Origin: a virus
Length of the DNA stretch: 64,000 bases
Reading direction: 5' to 3' (one strand)
IMG/VR virus record: IMGVR_UViG_3300030333_002885
Location: 11,598 to 75,597 of that record
The position numbers were made by a program, and so were the translations under genes. The notes under the pieces are model-generated. The model was not told where the DNA came from, did no database searches, and saw nothing but the letters and a program-made list of their open reading frames with translations. Numbering within the stretch: position 1 is the first letter of the stretch; every line of letters starts with the position of its first letter. This document shows, one piece after another, positions 58,401 to 64,000 of the stretch.

Positions 58401-58580
58401 ATGTCGTATACACAACAAGTTACTTACAAAAAACTACCACATGGTCGCAAAGAGTATACTGATGAGGTATTTGCATCAACACCAAATGCTGCTAAAGTAT
58501 TAATTGAAGCAAAACTTGGTGGTACTGAAATTGCAATCATTAAATGTTTGACAACTGTTCCACCTGTATCTCCCTCTTAA
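58401..58580 (+). CDS. 59-aa hypothetical protein
   Basis: Hand-translated MSYTQQVTY...EVFASTPNAAKVLIEAKLG; AAGGA RBS. Confidence 0.6.
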   Translation: MSYTQQVTYKKLPHGRKEYTDEVFASTPNAAKVLIEAKLGGTEIAIIKCLTTVPPVSPS

Positions 58581-58590
58581 ATTATTAATT

Positions 58591-58743
58591 ATGACTGCTT
58601 ATCGTACTGCTACAGTTACATTTTATCGTAACGATATGGGTTTGTTAAATGTTGATGTTCCAGCAACAAATTATGACTCTGCTGTTAGAACAATCAATGA
58701 AATGTATGGAAATGTTGAAATTAAGAGAGTTAATCTTAATTAA
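58591..58743 (+). CDS. 50-aa hypothetical protein
   Basis: Hand-translated MTAYRTATVTF...VDVPATNYDSAVRTINEMYG. Confidence 0.65.
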   Translation: MTAYRTATVTFYRNDMGLLNVDVPATNYDSAVRTINEMYGNVEIKRVNLN

Positions 58744-59711
58744 TGAAAAATACTATATTATATGGTGATTGTCGCCAAACTCTTGATACTTTAAAATCAC
58801 AAATTACCATAGGTATTTGTGATAAACCTAGAATGTGTGTTACATCCCCACCTTATTACGGTTTGCGTGATTATGGTGGGGAATCTTCACAAATAGGACA
58901 AGAACAAACACCTGAAGAATATATTCAGGAAATGGTTAATGTATTATCTAAGGTGAGAGATTGTCTTGCTGATGATGGTACATTGTGGTTAAACATAGGT
59001 GATAGTTATTATAACTATCGTCCTGGAAAATCATATCCTAAACAAACATTTAGTAAGACTAAACAAGACCTACCTGATTATACACCAAAGAGAGCAAATC
59101 GTCTCACTAATTATAAAGAAAAGGATTTAATTGGCATCCCTTGGATGTTAGCATTTGCATTAAGATCAGATGGATGGTATTTAAGACAAGATATTATATG
59201 GCATAAACCTAATCCAATGCCTGAAAGTGTGAGAGATAGATGTACTAAATCACATGAATATATCTTCCTATTAAGTAAAAATAAGAACTATTATTATGAC
59301 AATGAAAGTATCAAGGAACCTGCTAAAGATTGGGGTACTCGTGATAGAACTAATGGTAAATATCACAATAAAGGTACAGGATTAAATCCTCATACTGGTC
59401 TCACTAAATCATATCCAAAAAAGAATAAAAGGTCAGTTTGGAGTATAACAAAGAAACCATATAAAGGTGCTCATTTTGCAACATTCCCTGAAGATTTAAT
59501 TATACCATGTATTAAAGCAGGATCACAAAAGGGTGATATTATACTAGATCCATTTATGGGAAGTGGCACAACAGCAGTCGTAGCTAGGGATTTGGGTAGG
59601 CATTATATAGGTTGTGAATTGCATAAAGAATATAGTAAACTAATAGATGAGCGTGTGCCAGAAAATAAAGTGGTACACAATGCCCTGACAGATGCCCTTG
59701 ATGGACTATAA
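58743..59711 (+). CDS. Beta-class DNA methyltransferase (N4-C/N6-A)
   Basis: VTSPPY before DPFMGSGTT; WHKPNPMPES, HFATFP. Confidence 0.93.
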   Translation: MKNTILYGDCRQTLDTLKSQITIGICDKPRMCVTSPPYYGLRDYGGESSQIGQEQTPEEYIQEMVNVLSKVRDCLADDGTLWLNIGDSYYNYRPGKSYPKQTFSKTKQDLPDYTPKRANRLTNYKEKDLIGIPWMLAFALRSDGWYLRQDIIWHKPNPMPESVRDRCTKSHEYIFLLSKNKNYYYDNESIKEPAKDWGTRDRTNGKYHNKGTGLNPHTGLTKSYPKKNKRSVWSITKKPYKGAHFATFPEDLIIPCIKAGSQKGDIILDPFMGSGTTAVVARDLGRHYIGCELHKEYSKLIDERVPENKVVHNALTDALDGL

Positions 59712-59712
59712 T
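59655..59712 (+). promoter_or_regulatory. Early promoter with upstream motif (copy 5)
   Basis: GTGCCAGAAAATAAAGTGGTACAC ... CTGACA ... TATAAT. Confidence 0.7.
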
Positions 59713-59740
59713 AAAAGAGTAAACAAATTAAAGGCATTTT

Positions 59741-60238
59741 ATGGTAACAGCAGTCCCAACAATCGCAGTTTTTCCAGAAGAAAAACTAACACTCAGTCAG
59801 AAGATTGAAAAGTGGACTTGGCAATATTGCAGAGCATTAGAAGATAATTATAGAGATTATCATAAGAGAATGATAACAGCAAATTCTGAAAGATATGATG
59901 GTGAGTTATCACAATATGCACAAGATCAGTTAGATGCTCTTAATAATGGCACTGCTAATTTAATGAAATTCCGTATGGAATTTGGTAGAAAGTATATTAA
60001 AATTATACAACAAGATTATCGTGATGCTAATGAGTATTATAACACACCAGCAGGTTATAGAGATGGAAGTGTACACGCATTTGTTGATAAGAATACAGGT
60101 GAAGTTTATAAACCAGCATCCTGGAAATCACCTCACACAAAATATGTAAGATTTGATCTTAGAATTATATCAGATAGAGTTAAACTGCATGATCCTAAGT
60201 TTGTAGGATGGGCAGGTGGTTATCTATACTTAAGGTGA
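59741..60238 (+). CDS. Conserved phage early protein
   Basis: GRKYIKI, SVHAFVD..TG.VYKPASWK.P, WAGGYLY. Confidence 0.8.
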   Translation: MVTAVPTIAVFPEEKLTLSQKIEKWTWQYCRALEDNYRDYHKRMITANSERYDGELSQYAQDQLDALNNGTANLMKFRMEFGRKYIKIIQQDYRDANEYYNTPAGYRDGSVHAFVDKNTGEVYKPASWKSPHTKYVRFDLRIISDRVKLHDPKFVGWAGGYLYLR

Positions 60239-60243
60239 TTAAT

Positions 60244-60375
60244 ATGAACAAATTTGAAATAACATTTGATGAGCAATATCAACTCATTAAATTATATGAT
60301 CTCTTAAGAGATAACGGTATGATCGAAGATTTACCATCTGAGATTACAACATTCTTTGAAAAACTATTGGACTAA
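60244..60375 (+). CDS. 43-aa hypothetical protein
   Basis: Hand-translated MNKFEITFDEQ...; AGGTG RBS. Confidence 0.55.
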   Translation: MNKFEITFDEQYQLIKLYDLLRDNGMIEDLPSEITTFFEKLLD

Positions 60376-60380
60376 TTATC

Positions 60381-60593
60381 ATGCTTATGTCATTACATTT
60401 TGGTCGTCATTTCTGGTTAGATGATGATAACGATTTGATGAGTTGCCCTACATTTGTTGATGGTAACCCTGACACATTGAACGAGGATTATGTTAGAGAG
60501 TGGATGGATTTAGAGGGTGTTGATTTAGGTAAACTATTGGATATTTACAAGACATTGTTATTAGATAGAGAGGTAATTTCATGCACAAATTAA
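60381..60593 (+). CDS. Hypothetical protein
   Basis: FGR.FW.D...SCPTF.DG.PD. Confidence 0.7.
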   Translation: MLMSLHFGRHFWLDDDNDLMSCPTFVDGNPDTLNEDYVREWMDLEGVDLGKLLDIYKTLLLDREVISCTN

Positions 60594-60784
60594 CATATAG
60601 TGACTCACCATTCTATTCTAATTGGTCACAAACTTATTTTACTAATTTAACATTAAGTGAACACATTGCTAATAATAATTGGTTAATGCGTACACTTTCT
60701 ATGTTAAAAGATGATGGTGTATTATATGTTCCTATTCTTAACAAATCATTCAACAAATTAGGTGAGGAAATTGTTAATGACTAA
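60581..60784 (+). CDS. Hypothetical protein
   Basis: GAGG RBS; MLKDDGVLYVP.LNKSFNKLGEE. Confidence 0.7.
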   Translation: MHKLTYSDSPFYSNWSQTYFTNLTLSEHIANNNWLMRTLSMLKDDGVLYVPILNKSFNKLGEEIVND

Positions 60785-61142
60785 AGAAATGACCTATGAT
60801 GAGTGTATTGCGGATGGATGGGAAATGACAGGTGACGGATTCTGGATCAAAGAAACCAGTGAACAAAGTGGCACAAGAGAGGTTGAATATGCACCAGATA
60901 ACGAGTATATTGATAATGTACTAATTGAGGGACTTATGCAACCAGTTGAAACAGCAACTGACTCTGTGCAATATGCGTGGGGTGCTGAAATCTTGAATGA
61001 TCACAATGATCTACAAGTTGAAGAGTATGAAAAGTTAATCGAACTTGTATTCAATGAGATTAAAAAAGAATACAAAGACGATCAAACTTGTCGTTTTAAT
61101 TCACTCTTACTAGGTAAACTTCTCATTCTTGCTAATCAATGA
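60777..61142 (+). CDS. Hypothetical protein; probable internal second start at 60936
   Basis: Contains an internal early promoter and GAGGGA RBS before MQPVETA. Confidence 0.55.
   Translation: MTKEMTYDECIADGWEMTGDGFWIKETSEQSGTREVEYAPDNEYIDNVLIEGLMQPVETATDSVQYAWGAEILNDHNDLQVEEYEKLIELVFNEIKKEYKDDQTCRFNSLLLGKLLILANQ
60856..60911 (+). promoter_or_regulatory. Early promoter with upstream motif (copy 6)
   Basis: CCAGTGAACAAAGTGGCACA ... TTGAAT-17 nt-TATATT. Confidence 0.7.
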
Positions 61143-61273
61143 ACACAACTATTCGTTATTCTTTCCCTGATGATCTTAAATTCAGGTATATGTCATTTCA
61201 GACATACAAACAAGCACTTAAGTGTATTGAATTGTTTAAAACAATTAATGTTAAAGCGGAGGTGAAAGTATAA
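61139..61273 (+). CDS. 44-aa hypothetical protein
   Basis: Hand-translated MNTTIRYSFP...AEVKV; ATGA overlap. Confidence 0.6.
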   Translation: MNTTIRYSFPDDLKFRYMSFQTYKQALKCIELFKTINVKAEVKV

Positions 61274-61509
61274 TGAATAACTTACATGAATTCATAGACT
61301 ATGTTTGGTCATTTTATAATACTGAAGATGGGTTATATCCCATCAAAGGTATTACAAAAGAAATCATATTAGAAGCAAGTTGGTTATACTTACAAATGTG
61401 TACTTATCCATCTATGCCCGAATATTCATGGGGTGATGGTGATAGTTTAGACAGAGAAAGAGTAAGAGATATTATACTTAATGCACCACAATTTTCACTA
61501 GGAGGTTAA
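61273..61509 (+). CDS. Hypothetical protein
   Basis: EFIDYVWSFY...GLYP...WGDGDS.DRE.VRD. Confidence 0.75.
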   Translation: MNNLHEFIDYVWSFYNTEDGLYPIKGITKEIILEASWLYLQMCTYPSMPEYSWGDGDSLDRERVRDIILNAPQFSLGG

Positions 61510-61510
61510 C

Positions 61511-61681
61511 ATGAATCAAATGGAATTTATGACTGAAGTATTATCCGACTGGTGTACTTTAGAAAACAAAGAGTTTATTAGTGCTGATGATTTACTCTAT
61601 ACTGATGATACTTTAACAGACAATCAGCGATCTTGGTTAACAAATTACATTCAATTATGGGAGGTTGTTGTTAATGCCTAA
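61511..61681 (+). CDS. 56-aa hypothetical protein
   Basis: GGAGG RBS; SADDLLY...WL.NYI..W. Confidence 0.65.
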   Translation: MNQMEFMTEVLSDWCTLENKEFISADDLLYTDDTLTDNQRSWLTNYIQLWEVVVNA

Positions 61682-61973
61682 ATCACTAACTTCACAACAA
61701 TGGGATGAACTAATTGACCAGTATGTTCAGTTACAAGTTGATAGTATGGACTACAAATCTTTAGAACAGTTTGTAATACAAACTATCACACAAGATCTAA
61801 GAGAAATTGAATCTAGAGAAGAGTTATGTGATGAGATTAAATATTCATTTGACCAGGAAACATTAGATGAGTTAATTGATAATGTTACCTCTGAAAAATG
61901 TACAACATACGAAGAATTAATATCATCTAATACTAAAGATTACACTAAACAACTTAACAATCAAGGAGGTTAA
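61674..61973 (+). CDS. Acidic hypothetical protein
   Basis: GGAGG RBS; YV...VDSMD.K.LEQFV. Confidence 0.7.
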   Translation: MPKSLTSQQWDELIDQYVQLQVDSMDYKSLEQFVIQTITQDLREIESREELCDEIKYSFDQETLDELIDNVTSEKCTTYEELISSNTKDYTKQLNNQGG

Positions 61974-61977
61974 TTTA

Positions 61978-62223
61978 ATGACATTGTTAGAACAAAACAT
62001 TGCATTTTGTATTGATGAATGTGATATGAAAGATCAAGAAATTGGTGATGTTCTAAGATGTATAGAGAGACTAAATGTTGCTACTGTTGAACATTTTTTT
62101 GAGGAATTTGTATTCATTTGTTATGATGATGATGGCGAGGAGGATGTTAATCAGTTAGACAGATTACATGACCCAGAATATTTAAATATTGCTGAGTTTA
62201 ATGCACTTTACTGGGAACACTAA
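61978..62223 (+). CDS. Acidic hypothetical protein
   Basis: GGAGG RBS. Confidence 0.7.
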   Translation: MTLLEQNIAFCIDECDMKDQEIGDVLRCIERLNVATVEHFFEEFVFICYDDDGEEDVNQLDRLHDPEYLNIAEFNALYWEH

Positions 62224-62571
62224 TGCACATTAATGATCTAAAAGATGATGATGAATTTATCATCCAAACCGATCACTTTGATCTGGAAACTAACAAGAAT
62301 AGTTTACTGCATTATGAACAATTATGCAAGAAATATAATGTTAGTTTAGATTACTTAATATTTGAATTTATCACTAAATAACTAACACTTTCATCTTCAA
62401 ATTACAATCCCTTCAATGACAACAACTACTGCACAATCTGTTACAGTAACTAAACATCAAGCAGATCTATTGCTCTGGTGTTATGAACAAATGGCAATAG
62501 ACCTAAGTGATAACGAGATGGATGAACTTGAACCACTAATTATAGATCTAGATGAGGTAGCAAACCAGTAG
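62223..62571 (+). CDS. Two small ORFs (62223-62381, 52 aa; 62416-62571, 51 aa)
   Basis: Hand-translated. Confidence 0.55.
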
Positions 62572-62620
62572 ACAAAGTGGCACAAGATCGCTTGATTTTT
62601 GCCCTATTCTGTGTCATACT
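62565..62620 (+). promoter_or_regulatory. Early promoter with upstream motif (copy 7)
   Basis: CCAGTAGACAAAGTGGCACA ... TTGATT-17 nt-CATACT. Confidence 0.7.
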
Positions 62621-62626
62621 TATAGT

Positions 62627-62941
62627 ATGAATAATTCAATTACTAAATCTCTTTTTTCCCAGTCCATCAACCTATGTGACGATTACCTAGGTTTTGAGTG
62701 GACACAAGGTGTTCGCACCTCTGTCTTCGATTCTTATCGTAGAGAAAATGATCTAGATCCAAATCTAGCGATCTATCATTACGGTGGAGACCGTTTCGAG
62801 GTTAGAACTATGATTTATGACGATTCAAAAGGTTGTATCGTTGGCGATCAGGTCAATCTCGGTTCTTTTGATAACATCTATGATGCACAAGATTGTGCTG
62901 AAGATTATCTAAAAGATTTACTATTAGACCTCGGTGTTTAA
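62627..62941 (+). CDS. Hypothetical early protein, probably leaderless
   Basis: ATG 7 nt after the -10 box. Confidence 0.7.
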   Translation: MNNSITKSLFSQSINLCDDYLGFEWTQGVRTSVFDSYRRENDLDPNLAIYHYGGDRFEVRTMIYDDSKGCIVGDQVNLGSFDNIYDAQDCAEDYLKDLLLDLGV

Positions 62942-62973
62942 TAGTCAGCAGCAAACATTATTCATTCTTTATT

Positions 62974-63222
62974 ATGCAAATTCAATCTAAATCTGGTTCA
63001 GTTGTTGTTGATTTCTACCCTGTAAAAACATGGGGTAATGTTAACATTACTGATAAATTCCTTAGAATTCTTACATTTAACGGTGTAACACAAACTAAAA
63101 GAATTGTATCATCATTTAATATGGGTGATGATATACTTAACAGAGTTAATAACTTTGATTTCATTGTTACTGATAATACTAAAGGTATCCCTCAATTCTC
63201 TTCACTAGTAGAGGGTAATTAG
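62974..63222 (+). CDS. Hypothetical early protein
   Basis: MQ..SK.G..VVDFYPVK. Confidence 0.7.
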   Translation: MQIQSKSGSVVVDFYPVKTWGNVNITDKFLRILTFNGVTQTKRIVSSFNMGDDILNRVNNFDFIVTDNTKGIPQFSSLVEGN

Positions 63223-63223
63223 T

Positions 63224-63406
63224 ATGAAAAGTTATCTAATAGAGTGTGCAGAGATTAACTACTTCACCATTGAAGTTGATGCACAAAATGAGGACGAAGC
63301 AAGAGAATTAGCACATGCTAATATAAACAATTACGAGGTAATTGATGAGTATGTATCAGAATGGGACATCAATTCTATCAAAGAAATTAACAACGAGGAG
63401 GACTAA
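63224..63406 (+). CDS. Small acidic protein
   Basis: IEVDAQNEDEARELA. Confidence 0.7.
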   Translation: MKSYLIECAEINYFTIEVDAQNEDEARELAHANINNYEVIDEYVSEWDINSIKEINNEED

Positions 63407-63409
63407 TTT

Positions 63410-63916
63410 ATGCCACTAATTAAACTATCAATCGAAGAACATCAATCATTAACTAAACTATTGAGTCATCCTAATGTAAACAAATACAGAAACGATTTGT
63501 ATGATAATTTAACATTTGACTCAATGGAAAATAAGGTATTTGATGCAATTAATAACCTAACATTGGAGGATTTCTAATATGTCAAGAGTATTAAATCTCA
63601 AGTCAGATGTAATAGATTGTCTACTATCTGACTATCCTGAGTATAAACGAGAGAATCTCTTAAATGAGATTTTAGTAGACTATCTTTCCCTAATTGATGA
63701 TAACAGACTATCAGAATTAGAGGACATTGTTGTTAACCAATTTGAGGCAATTTAATCATGTCATGTTTACATAATGAAGCAATTCTTGAATCAATTTATG
63801 ATGAAGTTCTAGAAGAATTAGAGGCAAAAGAACAATTTCGTCCTCTATTTACTCAAGAAGAATTAGAAGAACTTGCCGCCAAAATTGCACACGAACGCTT
63901 TGAGGATTTACAATGA
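63410..63916 (+). CDS. Three small acidic ORFs (63410-63577, 63579-63755, 63758-63916)
   Basis: Hand-translated, each with a GAGG-type RBS; the last is MSCLHNEAILESIYDEV...RFEDLQ. Confidence 0.65.
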
Positions 63917-64000
63917 AAAATCTACATATCATGCACCCTGAAGATTATGTTTTTGACGGTAAAAAGTCTGTCAAAACTATACTTGAAATCCTCAAGTCTT
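63913..64000 (+). CDS. Probable second DUF6267-like gene, cut by the window end
   Basis: MKNLHIMHPED resembles MKNTHLEHLED at 50869. Confidence 0.55.
   Translation, partial: MKNLHIMHPEDYVFDGKKSVKTILEILKS

Overview
A 64-kb segment of a T4-like marine cyanomyovirus genome resembling Prochlorococcus phage P-SSM2 (inferred from gene content and order). Left to right: (1) an ADP-heptose/carbamoyltransferase modification cluster beside a fibre gene; (2) glutaredoxin, an epimerase and a compact candidate nitrogen-sensing cassette (NtcA-type palindrome, tandem glutamine-riboswitch-like aptamers, the second enclosing a 54-aa ORF, then a DUF4278-type YRG peptide); (3) core genes thyX, phoH, exonuclease, gp33 and gp32; (4) a baseplate module (gp53, gp48, gp2-like, gp4, gp54-like, gp26, gp51, hub, gp5) interrupted by ho1 and cp12; (5) a module of signal-peptide proteins; (6) large fibre genes, including a Gly-X-Y adhesin with four equal-length repeat runs followed by two 2OG-Fe(II) oxygenases; (7) an early-gene region with a 7-copy promoter-upstream palindromic motif, tandem halogenase-like genes, a nuclease, petF, two candidate structured ncRNAs, a DNA methyltransferase and many small ORFs. 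All calls come from reading motifs and synteny by eye; no database searches were run.
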